A stretch of DNA of 64,000 nt. It comes from an uncultured Acidobacteriota bacterium (GTDB lineage Bacteria > Acidobacteriota > UBA6911). Location: assembly GCA_963809485.1 (NCBI GenBank), contig CAWEJX010000008.1, forward strand, positions 480,001 to 544,000, written 5' to 3'. This document shows, piece by piece, positions 30,987 to 40,546 of this stretch. Both the position numbers and the translations under genes were made by a program. Positions within the stretch are counted from its first letter, which is position 1. Every line of letters begins with the position of its first letter. A model generated the notes under the pieces. The model did not search any database and was not told where the DNA came from. It saw only the letters and a program-made list of their open reading frames with translations.

Positions 30987-31453
30987 AAAACGCCACGGAT
31001 TCCACGGATAAATCCTGTTTTTTATTTCTATTGGTAAACCCACGGCTCTGCCGGGGGACTCATAGAGTTTGACAGCTCCGTATTTTGAAACGCTGAGATA
31101 CGCTGACAAAAGCGCTGACAAACGCCGATTTGTTCGGCGAGGGTCGGCGAGCAAAAGCCGATGAGGCGCTTCCGATGGAGTTTTCTGCGGCGGCACTGTG
31201 GCAAACGCCCGGTTTCTCATACCCTTCATCTCCTTGCCGCACGGCGCTTGCCACAGTGCCGCCGCAGAAAACTGTCCAGCGCAGAGCGCTGGCCCCTGCG
31301 GGGATCGGAAGCGCCTCATCGGCTTTTGCCCGCGTAAGTCAGCGTTCAAGACCGGCGTAACTCCTCCAACCGCTTTGAGCGGTTCAAATCTATCAAGCCT
31401 CCGGCTTTGCCGGAGGTACCTGACATTTAATCTGTGGAATCCGTGGCGTTTTT
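30985..31453. repeat. AAAAAACGCCACGGATTCCACGGAT ... ATCTGTGGAATCCGTGGCGTTTTT inverted repeat enclosing nested elements
   Basis: Arms 30985-31009 and 31430-31453; both convergent genes stop at the arm edges. Confidence 0.9.
31030..31424 (+). mobile_element. IS200/IS605-type MITE, copy 3, carrying two further nested IR elements
   Basis: Same ends as copies 1, 2 and 5; perfect inner IRs 31151-31176/31304-31329 and 31180-31204/31248-31272. Confidence 0.85.
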
Positions 31454-32474
31454 ATACCTGTTCGAGGATTGGTTCCATTTTGGCTGGATCAAAGCCTGCA
31501 GTAATAGTGCGGATGTTGTCCGCTATCGGTTCCGGTTTCGCTTCTCCCCCGGGATCTATCACCATGAGGCACATGCCAAGGCGTGGATTCATCGCGTTGA
31601 AGTGCCGCCGGACATCATCCAGCGCGGTTTGACTTTCGAACTCATCCGCGGTCAGAAACTCGATCATCATATCGGGGCTTACGAGCTTGCGGTCGTAGAT
31701 TTCGGCAACGATCGGAATTTCATCCGGCGTGGGCAGGAAAGTCAGAAGCATCACGCGCGAATCGAGGCCATAGGACGTGTCCCCGGTCTTCTTCTTCGGC
31801 CGGACCGGAGGCGTGAAGCGAACGACGAATGTGTCTATCTCTCTTGCCGGCCCCATTTTAACCGTCACATATTTGTCCACTTTGCGCGAATGGAGCACGA
31901 ACTCAGGAATGCGCAGGGTCGGATGATGGGCCTGGCGTCCAAAGGCGATTTCCTTCAGATCGGTCAGATACGGCTTGTAATCATCGTCCAGGTCGACGAA
32001 ATAGCCCTTGTCCGGATCGAGTAGCCTGATGAAAGCCAGCGCCGCCCACATTTCGTACCCCAGCCGATACAGGTCCGCTGCAGCCGTCCGTATATCGTTC
32101 GCGCCGGCCGTTTCAAACTCCTCAAACGTCGTCTTGCCCTGCAGCAGGTCAAAAAGCCTGTTGTACATCACCCGGATCAGCCCCTCCCCGGGGCCGTGCA
32201 GAAAGCTGTAGAGATCGACGGGGACGGCGATGCGCTCGATGTTGAGAGTCTCAATGATTTCCCTCTCGACCCGGATGTAGTTGTCGGAGAGCGTCTGCAC
32301 ATCCACAGGAAGCGAGGCATACTGCTCCTTGACAAAAGCCCTGCGCACATCGTCAAAGCGCCGGTAAAATTCCCCCCGTAGCTCTTGTGGTATAGAGATT
32401 TCGCTTTTATTTATGATTATTTCCGGATGATTCTTAATAAAATTATTTAACGAATCAATCTCTAGTCGCATCAT
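31452..32474 (-). CDS. Hypothetical protein
   Basis: 340-aa ORF with protein-like composition; no motif recognised. Confidence 0.7.
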   Translation of the reverse strand: MMRLEIDSLNNFIKNHPEIIINKSEISIPQELRGEFYRRFDDVRRAFVKEQYASLPVDVQTLSDNYIRVEREIIETLNIERIAVPVDLYSFLHGPGEGLIRVMYNRLFDLLQGKTTFEEFETAGANDIRTAAADLYRLGYEMWAALAFIRLLDPDKGYFVDLDDDYKPYLTDLKEIAFGRQAHHPTLRIPEFVLHSRKVDKYVTVKMGPAREIDTFVVRFTPPVRPKKKTGDTSYGLDSRVMLLTFLPTPDEIPIVAEIYDRKLVSPDMMIEFLTADEFESQTALDDVRRHFNAMNPRLGMCLMVIDPGGEAKPEPIADNIRTITAGFDPAKMEPILEQV

Positions 32475-32498
32475 CCCAACTTTTACCTTTCATGTGAT

Positions 32499-32596
32499 AC
32501 GTGGAACGTGGAAAGTGGAACGTGAAACGCGCTACCTTCTACCTTCTACCTTCCACATGAAACGTGCCAACGTTCAACGTTCAAACGTTCAACGTC
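32499..32596. repeat. (CGTGGAA)n / (TACCTTC)n arrays followed by an AACGTT array
   Basis: Read directly; CGTGGAA array recurs at 62143-62166. Confidence 0.8.
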
Positions 32597-32597
32597 G

Positions 32598-33536
32598 TTA
32601 CAGCGCCATCTTGAACATCTCGATCGCGTTGCCGCTGAAAATCAGCTCCTTTTCCGCATCCGTGATCGGCATCCGCTCGATCGATTGTATGGTTCCCTCG
32701 ATCATTCCCCAGCGCGGACCCAGCGGCGCATCTGTGCCGAAAAGCATGTGCCCGGCTCCATAGTATTCGTAGGCGCATTGCAGCGCGGGAGTATGTCCAT
32801 AGAGCGCCGTGTCGACGTAAAAATTGCGCATCTGCTCGTAAATCTTCGGATCGTTCTGGCTGAAGAGCTTAGTGGCTCGAGCGAACCATTTGAGGCGTTC
32901 GGCGAAAAACGGCACCATGGCGCCTGCGTGGTGCACGATGAACTTCAGATCGGGGTACTCGTAAAAGATTCCGCACTGCACCAGGCGCAGCATGGCGGCC
33001 GTGGTTTCATAGGGCCAGCTGAAAATTCCCCGGTCCATGTCCAGCGCCGTGTTGGTTTCCGGATGAAGCCAGATGGGAAGGTGGTATCCGGCCATTTTCG
33101 CATACAGCGGTTTGAATTTGGCTGAATCCAGCGGCTCGCCCGCGATGCGGCTGTATATCTGGACTCCCTGCAGGCCAAGTTTCCCGATCGCGCGGTCGGC
33201 TTCCTCGAGAGCGGCATCGACATCGTTCATGGGCAGGCAGGCGGCGGCGCCGAAAAACTTATTCGGGTATTTGACCAGAAGTTCCGCGAGTTCGTCGTTG
33301 GCGATCCGGGCCAGTTCGACGGCATCTTTCGGTCCCACGAATTTCTCCAGCGGCACCTTTGCCACCGTCAGCACCTGGAGGACGTCCGGGTATCGGTCCA
33401 TGAGCCCCAGGCGCATTTGGAGATCGACGACCGGCCGCGTATAGACCTCGATCTCGTTGTCGATTGCCGGGACCTTTTTGCGGTATTCCGACAAATACCT
33501 TTCCGTCATGATATGAGAAAAAATGTCGATCTTCAT
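32598..33536 (-). CDS. Amidohydrolase_2 family protein (ACMSD/LigW-like)
   Basis: IDIFSH, ANDELAE, WLHP, HHAGAMVPF, FYVDTA, LFGTDAP. Confidence 0.88.
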   Translation of the reverse strand: MKIDIFSHIMTERYLSEYRKKVPAIDNEIEVYTRPVVDLQMRLGLMDRYPDVLQVLTVAKVPLEKFVGPKDAVELARIANDELAELLVKYPNKFFGAAACLPMNDVDAALEEADRAIGKLGLQGVQIYSRIAGEPLDSAKFKPLYAKMAGYHLPIWLHPETNTALDMDRGIFSWPYETTAAMLRLVQCGIFYEYPDLKFIVHHAGAMVPFFAERLKWFARATKLFSQNDPKIYEQMRNFYVDTALYGHTPALQCAYEYYGAGHMLFGTDAPLGPRWGMIEGTIQSIERMPITDAEKELIFSGNAIEMFKMAL

Positions 33537-33581
33537 TGGCGCCTCCTCGCGTCCCATGGATTCCGAACCGATGCTATCAAA

Positions 33582-33635
33582 AAAAGGGGACAGTCACCAG
33601 TGTCCCAACGGGGACACTGGTGACTGTCCCCTTTT
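33582..33635. repeat. Perfect 25-bp-arm palindrome (REP-like)
   Basis: AAAAGGGGACAGTCACCAGTGTCCC-aacg-GGGACACTGGTGACTGTCCCCTTTT between divergent genes. Confidence 0.9.
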
Positions 33636-33671
33636 GATGATATATTTCTGGGACGTTTCTGTGGAGGAATC

Positions 33672-34175
33672 ATGGTTAAGAGACTGCTAATTGCATGCTT
33701 GATTGCGTTGCCCGTAATTCAGGTTTCAGGACAGGAGAAGGCACGGCCTAATAAGCAGGAAATCATCAATCTAATGGTCCAGGGCCGGCAGATGGCCGCT
33801 GCCGATCGAGACAGCGCTCTGGCGAACTGGCAGGACCCGTCCGCAAGCAAGGCAATCCGCGCCGATTTCATGAAATGCACGGGCCTTGCCTACCTCGGCA
33901 ACTACAAAGCCCAGGCTTATGTGGCAGCCAGCTATGAAAAAGCAATAGGGATTGTCGAGGATCAGTTGGAGTCTTATGTGTGGTACGCCGTCGCGCTTGA
34001 AAACGCCGACGCCGACAAGGCCGCTAAAGAAAAGATCCAGGCCTCCCGCGCGCGCGTCTATGAAAAGCTGCATTCGGTCTACCCTGCCCCGAGCGACGAG
34101 GACCTGGAAGATCTGGTAAAGGTCCAGAAAAACCGGATCGCGCAATACCATGAAGAGGCCAACAAAACAAAGTAA
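33672..34175 (+). CDS. Secreted hypothetical protein with one Sel1-like repeat
   Basis: Signal peptide; AYLGNYKAQAYVAASYEKAIGIVEDQLESYVWYAVA resembles the Sel1 pattern; GGAGG RBS. Confidence 0.6.
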   Translation: MVKRLLIACLIALPVIQVSGQEKARPNKQEIINLMVQGRQMAAADRDSALANWQDPSASKAIRADFMKCTGLAYLGNYKAQAYVAASYEKAIGIVEDQLESYVWYAVALENADADKAAKEKIQASRARVYEKLHSVYPAPSDEDLEDLVKVQKNRIAQYHEEANKTK

Positions 34176-34193
34176 GAGGAGAAAGGATTCACG

Positions 34194-35375
34194 ATGCGCT
34201 ACCGCAAAATGGGTAAAACGAATGTCGACGTTTCGATTCTGGGATTTGGCGCCATGCGGCTGCCGATGGTGGGCAACCCGACAGGGATGGCCGGATTCGA
34301 CCCGAACGTGCCGATCGACGAAGTCCATGCCACAAAAATGGTCGAACACGCGCTGGAAAGCGGCGTCAATTATTTCGACACCGCCTACGGGTATCACGGC
34401 GGCCAGAGCGAAAAATTCATGGGGAAAGTCCTGAAGAGCTATCGCTCCAAGGTGATGATCGCCACCAAACTGCCCCCCTTCATGGTTGAAAAGCCCGAGG
34501 ACATGGAGAGGATCTTCAACGAGCAGCTCGGCAAGCTGCAAACCGATTATCTGGACTTCTATCTTCTTCACGGCATCGACAGCGTTTCCTGGAACAAGAT
34601 GAAGGAAATGGGGGCCCTGGAATTCCTGGATCAGCTGCGCTCGAGCGGCCGCATACGCTTTGCGGCTTTCTCGTTCCACGACGAAATCAAAGCCTTCAAA
34701 CAGATCGTCGACGCCTACAGCTGGGACATGTGCCAGGTCCAGTTCAATTTCTACGACCAGATATACCAGGCCGGAAAGGAAGGCATTGCCTACGCCGCTT
34801 CGCGCGGCCTCGGAGTCGTGGTCATGGAGCCGTTGCGCGGCGGAAGGCTCACCGACAGGATTCCGGCCGAGGTTCAGGCGCTGTGGGACAGTGCAAAAGT
34901 GAAAAGAACGCCGGTGGACTGGGCTATGAACTGGGTCTGGAATCACCCGGAAGTTTCTCTCGCGCTCACGGGCTCAAGCACCCTCGAACAGCTCAAGGAA
35001 AACGTGCGCGTCGCCAAGAATGGCGCGGCGGGTCCCTTCACGCCCGAGGAATTCGCTCTGGTGGACCGGGCGCGCGCGGAATACCGCAAAGGGCTCAAGG
35101 TGGACTGCACCGGCTGCGGATATTGCATGCCCTGCCCGAACGGCGTGAACATCCCGCAAAACTTCTCGCTTTACAACGATGCATTTCTGTTCCACAGCAT
35201 GGAACAGAGCAAGTTCTTCTACAACCGATTCCTGAAGCCCGACCAGAGGGCTTCGGGCTGCTTCGAGTGCAAGATTTGTGAAGACAAGTGCACGCAGAAG
35301 ATACCCATCATCAAGGAGCTCAAAGAGGTCCACAAGGCTCTTGGAGAAGAACAGCCCGCCGGAGGCAAAAAATGA
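34194..35375 (+). CDS. Aldo/keto reductase with C-terminal 4Fe-4S dicluster
   Basis: LGFGAMRLP, YFDTAYGY, IATKLP, MEPLRGG, CTGCGYCMPCP and CFECKICEDKC. Confidence 0.92.
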   Translation: MRYRKMGKTNVDVSILGFGAMRLPMVGNPTGMAGFDPNVPIDEVHATKMVEHALESGVNYFDTAYGYHGGQSEKFMGKVLKSYRSKVMIATKLPPFMVEKPEDMERIFNEQLGKLQTDYLDFYLLHGIDSVSWNKMKEMGALEFLDQLRSSGRIRFAAFSFHDEIKAFKQIVDAYSWDMCQVQFNFYDQIYQAGKEGIAYAASRGLGVVVMEPLRGGRLTDRIPAEVQALWDSAKVKRTPVDWAMNWVWNHPEVSLALTGSSTLEQLKENVRVAKNGAAGPFTPEEFALVDRARAEYRKGLKVDCTGCGYCMPCPNGVNIPQNFSLYNDAFLFHSMEQSKFFYNRFLKPDQRASGCFECKICEDKCTQKIPIIKELKEVHKALGEEQPAGGKK

Positions 35376-36088
35376 CCGATCAAAAAACCATCGACACCGT
35401 GGTGAAAGCTCTCAGGGCCAACAATTTCAAGCCCGTCGAATATGTGGAAAAAGCCAAGGACGCCGTTCCCCTGATCCTGGATATGATTCCGGCCGACGCC
35501 AGCATCGAGATGGCGGGCTCCGTGTCCATCTCGCAGCTCGGCCTCCTGGACATGCTCAGGCAGCGCGGAAACAAGGGCCTGGATTTTCCCAAGCCCGGAG
35601 AGTCCATGCTTGATTTAAGCAAGCCGCGCAAGGATGTCCTGCTCGTCAGCACGAACGCGGTCACCATGGACGGGAAGCTGGTCAACACCGACGGCATGGG
35701 AAACCGCGTAACCGGGATGGTCTGGGGAGTGAAAAAAGTCATCCTGCTGGTTGGGGCCAATAAGATCGTGAGAGACGTGAATGAAGCTATGGACCGCGTT
35801 CAAAACACGATTTCGCCCTACCACGCCAAGCACATCGGGCTCAACACTCCCTGCGCCTTGACGGAGGCCTGCAGCGACTGCGACTCGCCCTTCCGCATCT
35901 GCAACATCACGACCATCATCACCAAGAAGCCGCCCGCAGTCGATTTCGCCATCGTCCTCGCAGGGGAGGACCTCGGATTGGGATGGGATCCTGACTGGCC
36001 GGAAGAGCGCATCGAAAAGATCAAGGCGGCGTATCAGACAGAAATGGAAAAGTTCCGGGCGTCCATGCCCCCGCCTCCGAGAAGATAA
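35372..36088 (+). CDS. LUD (lactate utilisation) domain protein
   Basis: STNAVTMDGKLVNTDGMGNRV, GANKIV, PC...CSDCDSPFRICN; ATGA overlap with upstream gene. Confidence 0.85.
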   Translation: MTDQKTIDTVVKALRANNFKPVEYVEKAKDAVPLILDMIPADASIEMAGSVSISQLGLLDMLRQRGNKGLDFPKPGESMLDLSKPRKDVLLVSTNAVTMDGKLVNTDGMGNRVTGMVWGVKKVILLVGANKIVRDVNEAMDRVQNTISPYHAKHIGLNTPCALTEACSDCDSPFRICNITTIITKKPPAVDFAIVLAGEDLGLGWDPDWPEERIEKIKAAYQTEMEKFRASMPPPPRR

Positions 36089-36160
36089 AAAAACGCCACG
36101 GATTTGGCGAAGCAATACTCGTTTTATGAATATTTTTTGGCAGTGTAATCCGTGGCGTTA
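36087..36160. repeat. AACGCCACGGAT...AATCCGTGGCGTT hairpin between convergent genes
   Basis: Same family as 30985, 42878 and 63491. Confidence 0.85.
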
Positions 36161-36814
36161 TTATTTTCGCGAGGAGAAAGATCCCAGGTCGATGAGGCCG
36201 TTCAGCACGAACTGGACCGCGATCGCCGTGAGGACAAGTCCCATCAGTCGCATCATGATGCGTATGCCCGTTTCTCCCAGGTACCTGCGCACCTGGTTGG
36301 CTCCCGCAAGAATGTAATAGGAAGCCAGCGCCGTAATCGCGACCGCCGAAAGCACGGGGATAACCTGCCACCAGTTCCTCGATTGTCCCATCAGCACCAT
36401 AACGGTGGACATGGCGCCGGGACCGGCCAGCATCGGCACGCCCATGGGAGTCACGCCGACTTCATCTTTCTGTGCTCCCTCCAACCGCTCCTCTGTCACC
36501 TCCTGGGTTCCCGACCGGCGGGCCTGGAGCATATCGTAAGCGACGACAAACAATACGAGGCCGCCGGCAATTTTGAAGGCGGGAAGCGTGATGCCGAACA
36601 GTTTAAATATCAAGCCACCGGCAAGCGAAAAAGCGGCAAGAACCACGAAGCAGGTCCACGCGGCCTGTCGCGCCGCCCTGCGGCGTTTTTCCTCGCTGTC
36701 CTCGGCCGTCATGACGAGGAACGACGGGATCGCGGCCAGGGGGTCCACGATAAAGAATATGGAGCTCAAGGCCACAAATGAGAATTGGAGAATTTCTTTA
36801 ACCTCTGCGTTCAT
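36161..36814 (-). CDS. MarC family inner membrane protein
   Basis: IVDPL, FGITLPAFKIAGG, PMGVPMLAGPG, RLMGLVLTAIAVQF. Confidence 0.92.
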   Translation of the reverse strand: MNAEVKEILQFSFVALSSIFFIVDPLAAIPSFLVMTAEDSEEKRRRAARQAAWTCFVVLAAFSLAGGLIFKLFGITLPAFKIAGGLVLFVVAYDMLQARRSGTQEVTEERLEGAQKDEVGVTPMGVPMLAGPGAMSTVMVLMGQSRNWWQVIPVLSAVAITALASYYILAGANQVRRYLGETGIRIMMRLMGLVLTAIAVQFVLNGLIDLGSFSSRK

Positions 36815-36930
36815 ATCGGCTGCGCAAGAATACCGCGAAACCTGCCGCCAGTACAACCGCAGATATGCGATTCAAATTTACTAAAACGCCTGAATTGAAT
36901 ATGATCACAATTTCGAAGGAGGCATGAGAC

Positions 36931-37197
36931 ATGGCAATCAAGAAAGAATCGCACGTCGTGTTGGCCGTCCATGTAACAGACCGGGTGCACAAAGTGCCGA
37001 TGGTCCAGGAAACGCTGTCGAAATTCGGCGACTCAATCCGGACTCGCCTCGGCCTTCACCAGGTAGGCAAGGATTATTCTTCCCCCGGCGGCGTGCTGAT
37101 TCTCGACGTCGTGACCGAACCCAAAGCCCGCCAGCTTCAGAAGGCCCTGAACAAAATCCGCGGACTGGAAACCAGGTTAATCGTCTTCAAACACTAG
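36931..37197 (+). CDS. Small ACT-like protein (TM1266-like)
   Basis: DR...VQETLSKFGDSIRTRLGLH...GVLIL pattern; GGAGG RBS. Confidence 0.55.
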   Translation: MAIKKESHVVLAVHVTDRVHKVPMVQETLSKFGDSIRTRLGLHQVGKDYSSPGGVLILDVVTEPKARQLQKALNKIRGLETRLIVFKH

Positions 37198-37343
37198 CCC
37201 GGGTCAGCATTCGGGATTTCAGTGGGCGTCCCTCGGCGTAGGTCGGCGTTACGAAAGTAAATGCCATCCCTTCCAATTCCCGCTATGATAGGCGGCAACC
37301 GGCCTGCGCCGGCTCACAAATCCATAAATAAGGGGAAAATAGC

Positions 37344-37919
37344 ATGCGGAAAACAACCTTTGTCGCATTGAGCTTTATCGCAGCTTTGCTTCTGACATTT
37401 ATTATTGGCTGCACGCCTCCGGCCACCGAAACGGCCAAAACCCCCGAGGCCAAGCCTTCCAGCTATGCCGAGGACCGCGCCCTCATTGAAGACCTGCAGG
37501 CGCGCTATATGTTTGCTCTGGACTTCCATGATGTCGATAGCTACCTGGCCACCTTCACCGAAGACGGCATACTCGACATCGGCACAGGCGAGATCAAGGG
37601 GCACGAAGCAATCCGCAAAATCATCTCCGGGATGCCTGCCAGCCAGGCGCCCAAGGAAGATCCCAAGCTATATCCCGCCACCGGACGCCACAACATCACC
37701 AACATCGTCATCAAAGTCGACGGCGACAAAGCCTCGGGAGTCGCCTACTGGTTCCACTACGGGAACAATAATCCAAAACGGACGGCCCAGTTTGATTCCT
37801 ATGGCCACTATGTGGACGAGTTGGCCAAAGTGAACGGCAAATGGCTATTCACCAAGAGACGCATTTACAATGAGCAGGTTGCCGAATGGATTGCGCCCAA
37901 AGCCAATCCATCTTGGTAA
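37344..37919 (+). CDS. SnoaL/NTF2-like family lipoprotein
   Basis: Lipobox-like IIGC, EDRALIEDLQARY...D...FTEDG, GHYVDELAKVNGKWLFTKR. Confidence 0.82.
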   Translation: MRKTTFVALSFIAALLLTFIIGCTPPATETAKTPEAKPSSYAEDRALIEDLQARYMFALDFHDVDSYLATFTEDGILDIGTGEIKGHEAIRKIISGMPASQAPKEDPKLYPATGRHNITNIVIKVDGDKASGVAYWFHYGNNNPKRTAQFDSYGHYVDELAKVNGKWLFTKRRIYNEQVAEWIAPKANPSW

Positions 37920-38238
37920 CGCTGACTCACGCTGACAAGAGCGCGGACGAAGGCTGACATTCTTTCATTCAAAGAAGGACAGCTATGAGTCGCCTGAATC
38001 CTGGAAATCAGGGATCGACAAGCCCTTAAGAATGCCCGATTGCCCTCCCTTGGGCCCTAAGCTTTCGCATTGCCCCGGTCATAATCCGTGCCGCCCGCGG
38101 ATGCTATTTTTGCACCCCTCCGGATGGCTTTGGTCATTCTGTGGGAAACGCGGAAAAATGGCGTTCGTATATTGCACTTAGGAGTTCCAAGTTGGACGAA
38201 ATTGTGTATGCTTACAGAGCTTAAAAGGAGGAGGGTTT

Positions 38239-38619
38239 ATGAAATATTGTGCACTTACACTTGTGGCGGGATTGTTGTTTGTAACGGGGATGGCTTTTGG
38301 CGCTGACATCGACGGAAAATGGGTAGGCGAAATCGACGGCATGGACGGCAACAAAATGCAGATTTCCTACACGTTCAAGGCCGAGGGGGCGACACTGACG
38401 GGCACAACCGCGGCTCCTGGCCCGGAGGGCGGCCAGAAGCCGATACCTATCAAGGACGGCAAGATCGACGGTAATAACATTTCTTTTTCCGTCACGATTG
38501 ATTTCGGCGGACAAGAGATGAAGATGGAATACAAAGGCGTCCTTTCCGGCGACACCCTCAAGTTGACGATGGATATGATGGGACAGCCGATGGACTTCAT
38601 GCTCAAGAGAGCCAAGTAG
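38239..38619 (+). CDS. Secreted hypothetical beta-barrel protein
   Basis: Signal peptide AFG/ADIDGKW, IKDGKIDGNNISF; strong RBS. Confidence 0.75.
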   Translation: MKYCALTLVAGLLFVTGMAFGADIDGKWVGEIDGMDGNKMQISYTFKAEGATLTGTTAAPGPEGGQKPIPIKDGKIDGNNISFSVTIDFGGQEMKMEYKGVLSGDTLKLTMDMMGQPMDFMLKRAK

Positions 38620-38726
38620 GCAGAATTTTGATGCAGGCGGCTGATTCCGGGCGGTGAGGATAGGCTTTGGGCCTCAGGTCTTCGAGGCCCGGTAGCCTAA
38701 TCCTGTTGCGCCTGCCCGCACTTTGC
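38620..38726. terminator. Long imperfect hairpin between convergent genes
   Basis: GCAGGCG...AGGATAGGCT-GGGCCTC...GAGGCCC-AGCCTAATCCT...CGCCTGC nested complementarity. Confidence 0.5.
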
Positions 38727-40427
38727 CTACGAGGTCCAGGGTTTTTCTGCAGCGGCATTCTCGCCTGCAATGCAGCCGAATGCGATAGCTTCGGCTATGT
38801 TGCTGCCCCCCGGATACATCAGGCCGAAAAATGAGCCGAGTTCGCCGGCGCTGTACAGTCTCGGAATTGGCTTGTCTTCTTTATCCAAAGTCTGAGCCAT
38901 GCTGTTGTGTTTAGGTCCTCCCTGAGTGTTGGTAACGGTGAGCCCCAGTTCGGCTGCGTAGTAGGGAGGAGTTTTTACCGGAAGAAGATTGCGACGGCCA
39001 AACTCGGGATCCTTCCCGGCTGCGCAATAGTTATTGTATGCGGCAGCCGTTTTTTCCAGCTCCGCCGCATCGATTCCCATCCTGGCGCCTAATTCTTTGA
39101 GGTTATCCGCTTTCAAAATCCAACCTTTTTCAATCTCCGCCTGGTTGTCTTCGCTCCATTCGACCAACTTGTGGATCCCATTCCAACCCATTGTCCTCTT
39201 CGGTGCCAGAGGGCCTTTCCGCCGGTGAGCCTCATCAAAGACGACATAGAAAGGCGCGTTCGGATATTCAGCGTTCTGATGGTCAAAACGCGTGAGCGCC
39301 AAAGTATCCTTTGTATGGGGCAGGGCTTTAGTATCATCCATGAATCTCTTTCCATATTTGTTCACAATGATGAAATTGCCTTGCGCGCCACCTAGCGCAA
39401 GGAGACCGGTATGAACTGAGACTCCGCATTGTTCGCTGGGTATCTTTACACATACAGAATCCCACTCGAGATTGGCCATGTGCCACAGAGGCGCTCCGAT
39501 TTCCGACACCATTTTTATGCCGTCTCCTGTATTGTAGGGCGTGCCCCACGGATGGATTTTCAAACCCGGGTAGTTGAAGTAGCCCTGCATTTCAAAATTG
39601 GCCGAATAGCCTCCGCAAGCCAATACCACCGCTTTCTTTCCCTTAACATAGATCTTTTTGCCCTTTTGTTCCGCGACCACTCCCAAAATGGCTTTGGTTT
39701 CCGGATCCTGTATCAGCTTGTTAACGCGAGTCTCGTACAACACCGGGATATTTCTTTTTTGTACACACTGCTTGTGCGCCAGAAACAGCTGATTTCCGGT
39801 TCCCATGTGTGGAACTTTCACTTCATCGGAAACGACTGCATATAGGGATGCGGATCTGGATCCCGCAAGACGACTCAGCCCGGTGGCCGGACCCGGCGCG
39901 GGACGGGTTGCCGGCCGTGCGGGTGGCGTCGCACCTGCAGGTGGTCTTGCACCTGCGGGGGGCGCCATGCCCATGCGGATAGGCTCCACGGTGACGCCCG
40001 CCTTTTTCAGCGTCTCTGGAACTTTGGCCATGACCTCGCCCATAGTAGTACACAGGCTATCGGGAACGGTCCCGAAACAGAGTGTGCGGTAGTATTCAAT
40101 CGCCTCCGGCACGTTCGTGGGAATCCGTAGCCCGCCCCCGGAAACGCTGGAGTTACCTCCTGCGAACTCTTCCGGCGCCTTTTCCAATATTAGCGCTTTG
40201 GAGCCGGCATCAGTGCTTGCGATGGCCGCGTTGCAGCCTGCATAGCCCATTCCCACAACCACAACATCGGTTTCATAATCCCATCTTTCGGGAAGCCACG
40301 GCTTTGTTTTAGATAACATCAGGCCCGTACCTGATCCAACCACGAGTCCTGCGACTCCCCCAACGGCTGATCCCTTGAAAAACTGTCTTCGCGTCACTTT
40401 CTTCTCGTCGCTATCGGTTGCGATCAT
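38727..40427 (-). CDS. Tat-exported FAD-dependent oxidoreductase (flavocytochrome c / KstD-like FAD_binding_2)
   Basis: TRRQFFK twin-arginine, VVVVGMGYAG, GGNSSVSGG, LACGGY, NTGDG, TQGGP, IPRLYSAGE. Confidence 0.88.
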   Translation of the reverse strand: MIATDSDEKKVTRRQFFKGSAVGGVAGLVVGSGTGLMLSKTKPWLPERWDYETDVVVVGMGYAGCNAAIASTDAGSKALILEKAPEEFAGGNSSVSGGGLRIPTNVPEAIEYYRTLCFGTVPDSLCTTMGEVMAKVPETLKKAGVTVEPIRMGMAPPAGARPPAGATPPARPATRPAPGPATGLSRLAGSRSASLYAVVSDEVKVPHMGTGNQLFLAHKQCVQKRNIPVLYETRVNKLIQDPETKAILGVVAEQKGKKIYVKGKKAVVLACGGYSANFEMQGYFNYPGLKIHPWGTPYNTGDGIKMVSEIGAPLWHMANLEWDSVCVKIPSEQCGVSVHTGLLALGGAQGNFIIVNKYGKRFMDDTKALPHTKDTLALTRFDHQNAEYPNAPFYVVFDEAHRRKGPLAPKRTMGWNGIHKLVEWSEDNQAEIEKGWILKADNLKELGARMGIDAAELEKTAAAYNNYCAAGKDPEFGRRNLLPVKTPPYYAAELGLTVTNTQGGPKHNSMAQTLDKEDKPIPRLYSAGELGSFFGLMYPGGSNIAEAIAFGCIAGENAAAEKPWTS

Positions 40428-40546
40428 GATGTCCTCCTTGTCGGGTTAATAAAATGTAGGATTGCACCCCTCCCTCTCTCAGATCCGATAAAAGCAAAGA
40501 TTTGTCGCATCTTAACACGAAACATAAATTGATTGTCTGATTTTGA

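Noticed and set aside
37960-38230. Possible riboswitch or ncRNA in a long intergenic region
   Set aside because: No recognisable aptamer consensus by eye; would need an Infernal/Rfam search
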